From positions 310,001 through 355,071 of the forward strand of contig JAYWIR010000079.1 of assembly GCA_036172245.1 (NCBI GenBank): 45,071 bases of DNA, given 5' to 3'. Shown here one piece after another: positions 1 to 13,188 of this stretch (position 1 is the first letter of the stretch; each line of letters starts with the position of its first letter). The position numbers and the translations under genes are program-made. The notes beneath the pieces were generated by a model, which had not been told where the DNA came from, did no database searches, and saw only the letters and a program-made list of their open reading frames with translations. This stretch comes from Raillietiella orientalis (taxonomy: Eukaryota).

Positions 1-12
1 GCGAAGCATGCG

Positions 13-110
13 GGTGTGTGTGATGTGTGTGTGAGGGAGGGAAGGGGGGGGGGGAAGGGACTGGGCGAATCGCTCGAGGGAAGAGGAAGAAGCGCTCGCG
101 GAGGAAGGCC
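13..110. repeat. Low-complexity tract: short imperfect (GT)n followed by a G/A-rich run
   Basis: gtgtgtgtgatgtgtgtgtg at 14-33 and a run of G at 45-54, followed by purine-rich sequence. Similar A/G-rich tracts occur at about 370-480 and 645-670. Confidence 0.7.
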
Positions 111-1801
111 TTCGTCGCACCACTTCTTCCTCCTCTTCCATCTCCCCCACTACTCTTCTCCCGTTCGATCGATACCCAAACTTCCCCTCCTCCCCTGCGT
201 GCTCCGAGGAGCGCGTCCTCAGCGGACGGTGGCAGAGGGGAGCTTAGGGTTTTCCGCTCTCCCGGTGACCTTTTCCTCCTGCGGCTGATTTCTGACACCG
301 ATGTTGGCAAGTGCACTCCCGCGTCGCGGCGCGCGCCAAGGTCTGAGCAGCATCCCTAAAGCCGGACGAAGCAAAAGCGAGGAGTGAGGGAAGGGAGAGG
401 TGGCAAAAAGGGAGGTAGAAAAAGAAAAAAAAAACAGAAGAAGGGAAAAAGAAACAGGTAGGAAGAAAAGCAGAAGGGCGAAGGCAGGAAGAAGTGCAGC
501 TTCGCAAAGCTCCGGAAGCTCCCACTAGCGGTGCTACGCAGAGGATGATGGAGGGGATGAAAGGAAGCAGATGAGGCTTTCCCCGAGACGGGAAGAGGAC
601 GGGGAGAAGTATGGCAGAATTCTGGTTGTGTCAACACAATCAGAGGGGAAGGGAAAAAAGGAAAAAAAAATCGATCAGCTCAGGACCAATCCCCGCTAGG
701 AGATTGAAGACGGCGAGGAAGAGTTCCGTGATCGGCATTGTTGGCAGCCGATGCGGGAGAGAGCAGGAAAGAGATAGAGAGAGGGGGCTCTTAGCCTGAT
801 TGCAGAGCAAGGAAGGGGGAAGGGAGATCCGTAGCAGAGATCGGGTCCAGAAGCAGCGGGCGTGGAATCGTCTGCGGGGAGCTGGGTTTCCGTCCGGCGA
901 TCCTGCAGGATTGGGAAGAGCAACGGCCAATTGTGCACGATGCGTCTCCTAGTCTTCAAGGAAAAGGGAAGAGAGGGACGTCGAGCAGGCGTGTGGAGAA
1001 AGAATCAGCTGCCTCCGGGCTGTTGCCGGAAATGGGCTGACCTCCGGTTCCCATCCGGAGAGATCCTGAAACCTTCGAGGAGTGATGGAAAGTCTCATCT
1101 CTCCTTCTTCCCCCTTCCTTCTGCTTCTCTGCCGGACGCTGTGCACCCTGCAGCGAAGGGAAGATAAACGAGGCTTCTCGAACCTTCCGGTTCCGCGAGA
1201 GGCAGAGAAGAAGCGTTGATCCCTGAAACGAGACAGAAGCAGCCTCTGAGCTGAAGTCACTGCAACAGGATTTAGGGAGGAAGGAAAGAGAACGCATCCT
1301 TTCGCATTCAACCCTTCTCTTCCCATCCTTCCCCTGCGAGATCGGAAGACGAGAGAGAGAGAAATCCAGGAGCCGAAGTGGCTCCTTGAACGCGCCTTCC
1401 CACTCCGGAGACCCCTTCGGCTATCCTGGCTGATGGGCGTAATCTCCAGCAACCAATGGGGCGTGTCGGATGGAAAGGAAGAAAAAGAAGGAAGGGCACA
1501 GGACGGAGAGCTACCCGGAGAGAGCAGTCGCGCCGCCTCAGCGGGAAAGGACGAGACGCGCGCCACCGCGGAACAGGAAGGGAGGCGCACCTATCCGCAG
1601 CCCCTTCCCGGCGACAAGCTCCCTCGGACGCATCCTTCAGAACGCGCCACTAGGAACACCATTTGCAGGAGACACGCAGACCCGCGTTTTCGAGAGGAAG
1701 CGAGCGAAGTTTTCCACGACAACGGGGAAGGAAGGTGCACGAGTGCTCAAGAATATACCGGGAAGAGTTTCGGAGCATCTGAAGATACGAAGAGAGGCTC
1801 A

Positions 1802-2037
1802 CGAAGCTCTTTCACGCTGTTCCACGCCACCCGAGGTGTATTCCAACTCTTCAAGATTGGGGATACCACGGGAGGGGAGCATCCTATGAATCCAGGAAGG
1901 GCTTTGGAGAAAGGAGTCCGTTCCTCTCACTCCTGGTGGCGAGACTGCCGCAGGGAACTATCCACCCTGGTTGTCTCCGAAGGGAACCTCAAAAGGAATC
2001 TCCTTGCTTATTCTCTCCAGAATGACCCTCAAAGGGG
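1802..2037 (-). repeat. Diverged dispersed repeat, copy 1 (inverted relative to the copy at 35797-36000)
   Basis: The reverse complement shares exact, collinear blocks with 35797-36000: cccttcggagacaaccagggtg (22 nt; 1963-1984 vs 35851-35872), tgagaggaacggact (15 nt; 1915-1929 vs 35897-35911), tggagagaataag, cttcctggattc and cctcg(a/g)gtggcgtggaac. Confidence 0.85.
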
Positions 2038-2143
2038 ATCTTCCGGAAAGTCGAGGGGATGCGATCGAAAGGTTTCCAGGTCTGTGTTCCCATGTGCAGC
2101 GCGACCTTCCCCCATTCTCCCCTCAGTTCAACCAGAACCTTCC

Positions 2144-2413
2144 TTAGGAAGGTCCGATCATCTGCCACGAATTCACGGAGAATGGTGACCCCGGGACAAG
2201 TTCTCGGAGCCTTATGGCGCCCTTCCTGAGGCACACGTCATCCTCTTTACAGCATCGGAGCGCAGGCCGGGAGCCTACAGCACGGTCCCGCAGACGCGGA
2301 GACGCAACTTCCTTTACCAGATCCGATGCCTCCGGGTCCACCGTTTCAGGACCTAGATGTGACAGCACCTGTCCGACTACGATGACGAGTCGCCTTTTGC
2401 AAAGTTCCTGCAT
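2144..2413 (-). pseudogene. TAF3/TAF8-like bromodomain-associated (BTP) histone-fold fragment, short and degenerate (89 aa)
   Basis: MQELCKRRLVIVVGQVLSHLGPETVDPEASDLVKEVASPRL...EDDVCLRKGAIRLREL aligns by eye to the TAF3 N-terminus as I recall it (LRVSVAQICQALGWDSVQLSACHLLTDVLQRYL...LDDV...SLHEL). No downstream exons were found. Confidence 0.4.
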
Positions 2414-3705
2414 GCCGCGGTAGAGCGCGCGCGCCGCAGAATGAGAGCGACTGCCAGCCCGCGCAAAGGGAAATCCAATCCTCCCTTGTAGGTAGACGCG
2501 CGCGATCCCCGGGAGTGGAGGCGAAAGCCGGAATGCGAGAGGGTTTGAAGAACGAGAGGAGCGGAGATGGAGCCTCGGGGGCAAGGAGGCAAGCTCCTGG
2601 AGGCTAAGGTCGTGAGTCGACGATAAGTCCACTTTCGTTCAGTTTCCAGCTGCGAACAGGGTGTGCCTAACCTGATGAGGAGTGGTGGGGTGGCCGACTC
2701 CGGGACCACCGACGCGCCGTTGGTGATGGCGCGTGTGCTCTGTTTTTGCTCTTCGATAACGTTCGTACGACGATGCCGTTTTTCGCCACTGGGAGAACTG
2801 CGGCCCTCCTTAGCTCTTTGCGAGCGGGGGGGGCGGTAATGTAGCCGGGAAGTAGCCGGCTATCTCTACGCTCCGGCGCACCCCGCAAACGGTGCATTCT
2901 CGTTCCTGTGGTACGATGAAAAGGGCACTGAGGATGTCCCTTCAGGTCATCTTTCTCTCCTTCGCACTCAAATGGCATCGCCATCTCGCGGAAACTCCCC
3001 GATGCTGCCGCCTTCCCTTGTGTTTTGTCAGGCAGTTCCATCCCGTAGCCCCTCCGAGCGAGGTGAAGAGCCGCTCCCACTGGAGATCGTAGACCAAAGC
3101 GAGATCGGATGGCAGGGGTGGTCACGTGGTAGGGCACGAGAGACGGGAGTGGTCCATTTCCTGACACGATGCAAGCAGTTCCATAGCAGAGAACTCGACA
3201 CCCAGAAAGGAAGAGAAAAAATTTTCAACGGGAGGATCCTGGGCAACCGGAAAAGCATCCCAACGAAGGCCGTGAGCTGGGTGAAGCGACTTCTGCTTCG
3301 AATTCTAGAGGATGCTGGAGAGAATGCGCTTCCGCTTCCGCTTCCTCATCCCGTAAGCCGTAAGACTTCCGATCTCGCTCATAGAATAGCCACTGTCGCT
3401 TTCGATCTCGGGACGTCTGGTCGTCAGAAGCGCCCTCGATGATTCGTTTTCTCGGAAATGCTTTCTCGGAAGATGATGCGAGATCCTCTGTATACAGTTC
3501 TGAAAGCTTCCCGGGCTTTGTGACATAATTTCGAGGAATACTCGGGATTTTCCAGACGGAGATAACGGAAGGAGGCTGCATCTCGGTTGCCTGCCATCAA
3601 GCATCGCATCGCTTCCGGGTTATTTCCCACACGATGTTCCTCTCACAGTTCGTCAGATCATTTGTGGTTCCTCTCTGATGTTTTATTCATTGCCTACGAT
3701 TCGTT

Positions 3706-3745
3706 GATGATTTTTGATGATACGAGAGTATCATTAAAAATCATC
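3706..3745. other. 18-bp hairpin with a GAGA loop inside an AT-rich island
   Basis: gatgatttttgatgatac-gaga-gtatcattaaaaatcatc has 17 Watson-Crick pairs and one G.T pair. It is followed by further aaatcatt units to about 3770. Confidence 0.8.
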
Positions 3746-6700
3746 TTCAAAAATCATTAAAAATCATTTTTTTTAACCTGCAATCACGATGCATCCTTAC
3801 GATATTATGAATCCCTAGTCATTGTTCCCGTGATCATGAATCTGTCATTCCTGTGTTGCAGTGTGTGAAACCCGCGCTCGTTGCCACAACGTCATGAATC
3901 TGTTGCCATTGCTGCGACATCGCGAATCCTTTGGCAGTGGCGGCCGGTTTTTCGTTTTCTTGATAAATGCGGGATGAAGCGGAAGTAAAGCGGTGCGCAG
4001 GGAACGGCGGACTCTCCCAGCGTCCTCGAGTGCTGCTCCCTGACTCCTTCACTGCTTTTTGCACTCCTCGAAAAACAGCATTCCGTTTCTTTCCGTTCCG
4101 GCGCCATCTGGTCCATTCTTTGCTATCCCACAACCTGATAAGGGGTTTCGTCACCCCCATCTCGAGAAACCATCTGTCCCAGTGATCGGGTCAGCGTCGG
4201 ATCCCAGCATCATTTTCGTCGTCATGTCGTCGTTCATATCTCTGAAGAGGCACCTGGCACTTTTCCCACTCTGCACCTGCAGATGCTCGGCCTCATTCTC
4301 CATCTTTGCCTGCTCGCTCCTTTGCTTGGAAATTTCTGGCTCGTTTTCCTCGTTAATCGGGATGAGACTTCGTAGGCAAAGCCACGGGGACCCCTTCTTC
4401 ATTCTTGCCGTGCTTCATTCTTTCATTCTTGGCGCCTACTTCTGCCGATGGAGGGGCCGGGGATGCAAGTTGAGGGTCCTGCAGTGAGGTCATCACCCAG
4501 CTTATCGCTGGCGGCGTGGCAAGGAGGAGAACTCTCGGAGACCCCACAGACCGCAACAGGCATCAGCCAGTCGCGGCGAAGCGCAAATCTCGAGCGAAGG
4601 CTGCGGAAAATTCACCAAGGTGACTCCCAGGGAAGAGTTGGGCGGCTCCCGAGGGACACAGCTCTTCGAGAACAGAAACCGCGATCCGGCTGCTTCTCCC
4701 GTGACTGGGGAATTTCAAGAAAATATGTTCCTGGAACCAGAAGGATGGATGGGAAGGTTTGCGGATGGAAGAGAGACTGTCATCCCGAGAGCAGCAAGAC
4801 TCCTCCGCCTCCTCGTTGCAACTTCATTCCTGAACCGCCTTCCCCTCCCTTCCGGGTAAGAAGTCCGGGAGTTACCCACTGGGATTCCCGGCAGTGCTCA
4901 CTGTCTGCGCCTAAGCTCTCCCAGGATTTCCTGGAGAGAAGGGAGAAAAAGAAGCAGAGCAGATGCGCTCGCTGCCCTTTCCTCCTGCTCTCACTAGTCG
5001 TCCTGATGTAGGTTGCAGCTACAGGATGCAGGAGCAGAGGAGGCGCGCTTAGCAAGCGCTCCATACAACCCGACGCGGACGATCTCCGTCAGCTAAAGTG
5101 GAAAAACAATTTCCATTAATAATTCATCTTCCCGGCCTGCAGTCTCCCGGTTAATGATTCGATCCTGGGCCTCCGTGGTGGAATTCCTGCCCCTGATTTC
5201 CCTAGGGTGTTCTGCCACTCACGTCGGGGATGCATCCTCCGATCGAAGGCTGAAGATTTCGAGCGCTGCGGAGGAGAGGCAGGGAAGTCGCTGCTGCAGT
5301 CCGCCAGAGGCGATCTCGTCTGCCAGACCGGATGACGAGAGCTGCACCGGTCCGCAGTTTTCGTGTGCTGCTGGGACAGGGAAAAGAGAAGAAAACGGAA
5401 CATGGAAACGGAGAGGGGCATTGGGAAAGACGCAGGGCGAGGAGAAATTCCTTTGGTGTGAAGAGGGAGGAGAAGGAACCCTTCCCAGGTCACACTAGAC
5501 GGCTCAAGAACATCGACCACAGTCGGTCTCCGTGCACATTACCGCAATATCCTACTCCGTAAAATGCTCATCTCCTCTCTCAGGGACCAATACTCGACTT
5601 TTATTCCCTTCAACTTGCTCGCGTCAAGTTTGGGATGCTCAGCACCGATCACCAAACGTGCTCCTTGTGGGAGAGGCGAAGTAGGGGAGCAAGCGGAGAA
5701 GTTCGGGGAGAAACGAAACTCCTGCTGATTGGTTCTACGCACTCCGAGGAAGGGAAGGAGAACATCCGCGTGGAAAAATGGTCTATTAACCCACCATGGC
5801 CCCCGATACGTGTCGTCTTCTGCCTCCTTTCTCCCTTAGACCCCCCCTTCGTCCAGGTGCGCAATCACCCTTGCTGAAGACGCTTATCGTGCCGCGACAT
5901 CTGCGGGGGCGTCTGCTGATTCCAGGGAGATGTCTCTAGAAAACTGGCGAGAGATGGCTAATACCGCGCTTGCCATCCACTAGAGAGCCGGAAGAGACGC
6001 CGTTCCTGTGCGCAGTTTCCCAGCTCCTTGATCAGGACTCTCTGCCTAGGACAAAAAAAAACATATCCAAAGCAGAGAAACGAGTCCTGCAGGAATCTTT
6101 ACAAGCAGGGGATGGGGATATGGTCCGACCTGCAGCTCGCTCAGCAAGAAACCTCTGAGGTCACAGAAGAAGGAAGGGGAAGTGAATAAGTAAAACAGTG
6201 AACGAATGATAGGGAGAGGTAAAGGTGAGGTCGGTCTTTGTCTGTGCTTCACCCACTCAGTTTTTACAGCGTCCTCCTTTGCAGCTAGAGTCAGAAGAGA
6301 CAGTTTACGCTTCCTTCGCAACGTGGAGATGATCTCATCTTCTCTCCCGCCGTCGGCATGTTTCTGCTGCAAGAACAAACCTCGATCCTAGGGACAAAGC
6401 ACAATATGGCGGCCGTCGCTGCACAGACCAGACAAAGACTATCCTTGAGGATGTAGTGCCGTACGAGATGCTCGGAAGCGGTGCTTCCAGCTGTAAAAAC
6501 TCTTTTCCTGTGTGCATCCCCATTACGACCAAAGGGTCCTTACGTAGCTCAGCAACTGATTCGTGATGGAATCGTTCCTCCTTCCTCTTGACAGGGCTCC
6601 GTGCGAAGGCGGCATACGTGGAACATGGAGCTACAGTTATACAAAGGAAGAAGAAGATCAAAAAGAAAGGATGGAGCTGTCCAAACACGAAGGGGAGCCA

Positions 6701-9700
6701 AGGAAGATGGCAGGGATGTCTCTTTGAGACCGCGACCTACAAAGGGCCACGTGTGCCAGCTGGGGTTGTTGTGTATTCTTCGAGGAGCTTTGCCCTTCTT
6801 GTGACAGGGAGCAGACCGACTTCCCTCCTCCTCTTGACGTCATAGTTCTTCTGCCAGAAGGCACCCGATGATGTGATGGGTGTACCAGTCTATTTTGTCT
6901 TCGTCATTGTTCCGAAAAAGAGATCTTAGATGATGATGGGCACGAGGTAGAACTTCCAGGCTCACCCCCTGACGCGATCGCCTCCTGAAACCACACATCA
7001 AAGTTTATAGAGGTTAGTAGGGTTGAGTTTTATTTCAGAAAAGTCATTTTCCTTAGAGGTGGTGAGAGGAGAAAGGCTTCATCTCGTAGTGAATCCGCTG
7101 GTTCCTCACAGTCACCCTCTTCCTACTTCCTGAAGATTTAACTCTCAAGGAGATTCCAGCACTGGTCCCAGCTCGAGGACTCTAGAGCGAGCCATATGAA
7201 CTGAGGGTGCGGCGCCATTCTTACCCGAAGCCTGTCCGGCGTCTGAACGTATCAAATGGAACTTGAACTTACAGATCCCCGCAGGGTTCTCTCGAGGTGC
7301 ATCAGAGTCCTTGCCTCTTAGAGATAAGAGGAAGCCAAAAATGGAGGTCGAAACAAGAGCCTGCCCGTTCAGCCTTGAGAAGCTGAGTATTACGCCGCCT
7401 GCATGTTCTTGGACGTTCCTGGGAGACTTACTGGAGCGCGACGCAGAGGGTAGGATGCATCAGCTGACACCCAATCGGTCGCGACACAGCAGACCTCCAC
7501 GCGGCTCACTGGCCGCCTCTGTGAGCGTCCCGAGCCGTTGGTGGTTCTCGGTCAATGACGCGAAACGTGTCCAAAACATCGGCTCCAGCCGCATCAATGC
7601 TCTGTACGTTCCGACGTGAAGTGTGCTTTAGGATCGACGAATCGGAGATGCCTCCACTCAAAATGAACACCACGCGAGCTGGTAAGGGTCAGTTGCCTAA
7701 AGGTGGATTGGTGTCCGCGAGTCGATTGGAGGTTGACTGACTGGAAAACTGGTTGGCCACAACGCAATCAGCGCAAACCTTCGCAGCATTCCCTCAACCA
7801 CCTCCGGATGGAGACCTTCCCTACGACTCCTCTTGGCGATGCTTACGGAAGCGCCTTGAAATTCCTCAGCTCTACGAGAATCTAATCGTAGCTTTCCGTA
7901 GTCAACCTCTTTCCTTTCCCCACGGCACCTTCTTCAGTTCCGAACTATTTTGACCATCTCTCGACGGATGCAACTCTTGTCCGTCCTAAAGATGAAGATG
8001 GAAGCTCCTCACTCTCGTTCCTGGATTCGCGGAAAGAGCGGTCGGCATTAGGCATGCCAGCAATGTAATCGAGAAAAGGGGAGGGGCAACTGCAGCTGAT
8101 GGCGGACAGTAGGGAAGGGTGCATTGCACTCACGTGTACACATTTCCATGGAGAAGGTAGGACGGTAAGGTTTACGTAGGAGCACCAAACGCGATGAGGC
8201 ATAACCATGGGAGAGATGAGAGGAAGGGAGGAGAAGAGAATTAGGAACCCCTTTCTTAAAGAGCGGTCGGCCCTTGCAAGTGACTTTTGTGGGCAGCATC
8301 GCCGAGATTCGGTCACAGCCGCTTTCTCGAAGGTCGTAGTGGAAACGCGCACCAGTCTGCCTCCAGGACGACTTCCTACCTCGGCATGCGAAGTCTGAAA
8401 GGAATGGAAATTTTGCTAGGATGCGGCACTGGGACAAGTTCCTGTCGTGACGGTAGGTGCACCGGTCGTCTTGGGAGGTGTGCTACCTCAGTGGAGCTTG
8501 CCATTCCTTGAGGCAGCAAGGAGAGGAACAGAGGGTAGGACTTCTCCCGAGAAAGAGAGGAGGACCCCCGCTCTGCCCTTTAGGAGCACTCGGGGTTTTC
8601 TCGTCAAGCGGACAAGTACGACGCCAGCTTGAGGGAATTCTCTGAAACTACTCTGCTGTCGTTGCTGGTCGGTATGTGCGTGGTCTCTCTCTCTACTCTG
8701 GGGCTCTGTTTTTCCGCAGAGAGGCTGCACCATCGGTGTTCTCGGTTAGGGATGTCCCTGGATGGAGACTTGAATAGCAGCATATTCCTAGGAGACTCTG
8801 CAAGAGTGTGGCCAAGTAAAGAGTTTACTTCTGAGCTAGCTCGGCGGTAGCAACGAGGGACAAAGGATCTCTTCCTTTCCCTTTATCTCCCGGAGCACTG
8901 ACGCAGCCAGATGGAAAGAGAGTCATGGAAGCAAACCGTGTCATGAGGGAAGCTGCGCTCATGAGAAGGGAAAGAGAAGGTAGGTGAGCCCATTAAAGCC
9001 AGACAGATCGGGGAGATTGACCGACGAAGACTGGAGAAAGAAGAGAAAAGGACAGAATGACGTCTTTTCTGATCCCTGCTTTCTTCCTTGACGTCTGTGG
9101 AAGCAGAGGAATAACGAGGAAGAAGATAAGGATCCTGGAACCGATGAATATAGCAACGGGACCATGCACATTGCTACTGGCATTTTAGGCCAGTGCCTCA
9201 GACATAGAAGGAGCAGGAGGCCATGAATTCTCAGTTTCATCAGGCTTGCTGCATCTCTTCACAAGCCGGGAAACTGGTGAGAAGCAAAAAAAAGGAAGAG
9301 AGTTGTGAAGAGTTGAAGGATGCACGCGCCATCTAGTCTGCGGACATTAAACTAAAACTATTCTTAGAGTCGGCTTTTCTTATGGCGTATTCTACAGAAG
9401 ACGCTTTTCAAAGAAGAATAAAGAGAGGAAGAATTGACCCTTAAGAAGGTTCGTTTTTTCAGCGTCGAAATTCCGAGGCATCAGAAGCTGAGAAGTTTTC
9501 AAGCAAAAGAAACAGCAGCGAGGAAGGGGAAACGATGACAGCCAGAAGTCTCTTTGAATAACTGAAGAGTGTTAGAAGAGTCGTGAAAGAGCATTGTGAG
9601 GTGCGAAGACACCTCACAACGCTTTCCACCTTGTTCCGCTGCTCTTCCTCTTCTTTCCGCGCTCCATAGAAATCGAGGCAGGAAAAGAGCTTTATCAGTG

Positions 9701-12700
9701 TGCATCTTCATCATTGAGGAACGCAGAACTTCTACCTGCCAGCTGAAACGCAGTCTTCAGCTTCATCTCTGCTTCCAAGTCATGACATTTTGCAGGAAAC
9801 CACGCAACGCTGGAGAATGAGTGACCACAGGCTGGTTCTTCTTTGGTTTCCGGACGGTTTTCCCCTTCTCTCATTCTTCGATTCTTTTTAGCCCAACAAT
9901 CTTGGTAGTCTCATTCATGATTCTAAGGAATTCTTAGGACTGCTTCCCGCTTCCAGTAGTTGTAGTTGTGGATGAGAGTCGTGCAATGAGGACGGCAGCC
10001 GCCTAAGGACATAAGAATCTGAATGAAATTCCCAGCAATCTCGTGATCTTTTTCCACTGGAAGCTCCTTGTTCGCGGTGTCTGGCGCGATCTTCCGATGA
10101 AAATTCTCTCTCTGTATGCTGGAAACTTTTCCAGAACGACTTCTCGAGGACAAGTACACAGCTCTCCCCATTCTGTTTATTTCATCTTCCTCCTAGAGAC
10201 GGCGCTGCTCTTCCCGGGAAATCGCGCGCGGAAGTGAAGTCAAGGTCAGTGCTCTGGTAAGTTTCCTTTTTCCCGACGAGCGGGTTAAACTCTTCTTTCC
10301 CTGAACTCCCGGGTTCCTTTGCCGCGGTAGCAAGGACCATGACAGCATAAATTGAGGTCAAAGTCCGTGTCAAGTGACCCTGTGATCTTAATGACCCCAT
10401 CATCCCCTTTCTCCAGCTTCCATTAGGGAAGTGCTTCTAGTGCAAGCCTGAACCCAAAGCCTTCCATGAACCGCCGGAACGGGAATGGGCTCCCTATTCC
10501 CATAATTCACATAATCCAAACTCTGGTTGTTACTCTGGCGATGCTCTGGTAATAGAACGGGAATTCGCAGCGTAAATAGTAACGGAAAGAAAAGTTTTTT
10601 TTTTCCGCCCTCTTTTCTGGATGAAGACGGAAACAGAAGATCGAAGAGCATCTTCTGATCGGGAAGGAGGACAGCTTAGAAGACTCCGGCTGTTGGGAAG
10701 AGAAAGAAGATTCCTGTGCCAAAGAACAAACAGCATGAAGCTGCTGCAGCCGATGAAGTCGATGAGGAAGGCTCCTGCACCGCTAGCAGCAGCGTCGCTT
10801 CGAAAAGGGATGCAACAATGAGATCCCTTCTTGGAGAGTGCCACTCCTAGGAAATGGGTCTCACCTACAGCCAAGTTCTTCCGGAGACAAAGCTCAAGAC
10901 GAAAATCTGTGCCCACTTTCTTGGTTCGCATATTGCATGCCCGTTCACACTCTAGAAGTGGACGCAAGAATACCAACGGCATTTGCCTGCAACCCACACC
11001 ACGGTTCGATTCCGCACTCCGGCTGTTTGCACATCCGGGTGTTCCATTCGTACACCTGCTCAGTACAGTGTACCATGTCACTGCCTTCTTGCATCGCTGT
11101 TCCTTCACTTTGAGATCCTACAGAACCTACATAACGTTGCATCGCAGTGACTAGCAAAAGCTAATGATGGGTTCATTATCTCAGAGACTACCGTGACATC
11201 TACTCGGAATCAATTTCAGGTCCGTATTCATTCCTTCATTTAATTCCGAGATCAGTTTCGCAGTTTTGACCTTCAATCTTATATCTGATATACCTATAAC
11301 ATTCACTCAAGTCTTGTAGTTTTAGGAAAATGCTTGTTTCAGCTGCAGTTCTTCAAGCCCATGTTCTTTATAAAAAAGAGCCACTGATGAGTGAATCGGC
11401 CTTTCGACTAATTTTCTTTGGATACAAATCAATGCACTAATGCACATCCGTCGGTCTGGTGGCTGTGGCAGGACCTCTCGTCCGTCCATACTCAGAGGGA
11501 CCCATAACAGGCGTTGTCTGAGAGCTGCGTCCTTGGACGGTAGCGCCTACGCCTCACACGCTCTGAGCATCATCATGTGGCATTCCTTGTCCTGCAGACA
11601 TATCCGAGTTCTTTGGCGCTCGTCTGCCATCTCGCGCATGATCTCCCTCCTTCAGTGGAGTGGTTGTACAGCTTATACCGAGGATAGGGTTTGCATCTCC
11701 GCTCTGTGCGTAAGTGGAAAGATGGACGACGGCAGCCGTCGCTTCCTCGCTCCACGTTCTCACGGCTGATCTCTTAAGAGCTTGGTCCCCGCACTGGCTG
11801 AAATCCCGTCTGGAAAGGACCCATTTTATCATACTCTTCGGAACTAGCACAGAGGGCACGTCATTTATTAAAGGGCTATTTTTGCAGATTGCAATGAAAT
11901 ATCTCCATCATCCACAGACTTCAGACAGGAAGTAGAAACGGATTGCGTTTCTTATTTGCCAAGCAGACTTGGACCTTGGAAAGAGCCCAGCGGCCTCATC
12001 TCATCTCGATGCAGATGTGATGACGAGAATTCACAGATTGAAGAAATCCAAGCGGGAATGTGAACGAGAAGGCAACGAGCTTGAAGATGGAAATTGGTAA
12101 GAGTTTTTCACTTCCATCGATGCGTGCACTTTGCAAAAGCTGTAGAGCCTTTCTCATCCGCAGGATACCATTTTCACTCTGAAGCGAACCAGACATGAAG
12201 AATGGGATGTAAGATCAAACAAATGTTATGTGAATAGCTTGTTCCTATCATTCATGTTCTTTACCGCTCTCCTCACAAAGACAAACGTGTTCGAGAAACT
12301 GAGCTCTGCCTTGGAATTCTTGAAAGTGAAGAGAGAGAGAGGAAAGGAATTTCCAACTCCTAGGTCCTGATCCATTAAGCGGACTGGGTGTGTGCCAGGC
12401 ATCCCCGCCCTTTTGATTGAGAATCGAAAGTTGCACTTATGGCGAGCGAAGAATTAGATTGGCGAGATTCATGTCCTCCATCTGTGGTCGCAGTGAGTCA
12501 GAACCATTGAAGATGCAGTCAGCAGTTGTGGCATCGACCCAAGAAGCCAGAGGAGTCAGTAAGGCGTGAACCCTTACCAAATTCCTTTCCTGTAAAAGTT
12601 GGATTGGAATCGTCCTGTTTACATGAGCTCTTGCAGCTCGTGGCTGCGTCCGTATCAGAGTGACCGCGAAACAACGTTGTCAAAGAGCGATTCTGTAGCT

Positions 12701-12764
12701 TCAGCTTTGCTAAGACATGATCGACAAAAAATAAAAAGAAAGAAAATGTCAGCATGTCCGTCAA

Positions 12765-13116
12765 AAAACAATTAAATTTAAAATTCACTTAGTTAATACT
12801 AAAAATATTCTAAGAATACATTCCCCCAGTTAATTAATTTTGATATTTTTAATTAAAGGATAATATATTATACATTAATAATAAATGATTGTTATAAAAA
12901 ACATGTGGGGTTTAGTATAAATCTACTTCTAAGATTTTTTATAAATATTATAATCAAAATCAGGAATAAAATGAATATAAATGTATAATGAATAAATAAT
13001 GTATATAAATATTTTTATGTTACATAATAATTTTAAGATTATGTAAATTTTTACTTAAATATATTTATGATAATTAATTAATTGAGAACGGTAGATCGAA
13101 TGTAATAATCATTGAA
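12765..13116. other. Very AT-rich island, possibly the decayed upstream part of the mitochondrial insertion
   Basis: There is an abrupt shift to almost pure A/T sequence compared with the flanks, and it is directly contiguous with the 12S rRNA 3'-end motifs. Internal 12S landmarks are not clearly recognisable. Confidence 0.55.
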
Positions 13117-13188
13117 TACAAATCGCCCGTCGCTCTGATATAAGATTAGATAAGTCGTAACATAGTGGATGTACCGGAAGGTGTATCT
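13117..13188 (+). rRNA. rrnS: Mitochondrial small-subunit (12S) rRNA 3'-end fragment; nuclear copy (NUMT-like), not a full gene
   Basis: It reads tacaaatcgcccgtcgctct, a very short h44, then gataagtcgtaacatagtggatgtaccggaaggtgtatct. These are the universal SSU motifs CGCCCGTC and AAGTCGTAACA plus the terminal h45 hairpin with a GGAA loop. The short spacing and the CATAG variant are typical of arthropod mitochondrial 12S. Confidence 0.8.

Noticed and set aside
5700..5765. P-loop-like ETKLLLIGSTHSEEGK; similarly IVLVEGSPNVG at about 22786
   Set aside because: Walker A spacing GxxxxGK[ST] is not satisfied and there are no further NTPase motifs.
10182..10403. Ketoacyl-synthase-like GSLRSQGHL
   Set aside because: The match is too short and degenerate, and no other FAS/PKS exons are present.
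13117..13188. Bacterial 16S or nuclear 18S rRNA gene
   Set aside because: Only about 20 nt separate CGCCCGTC from AAGTCGTAACA, there is no anti-Shine-Dalgarno or GATCA end, and the rest of a full-length SSU gene is absent. It fits mitochondrial 12S.
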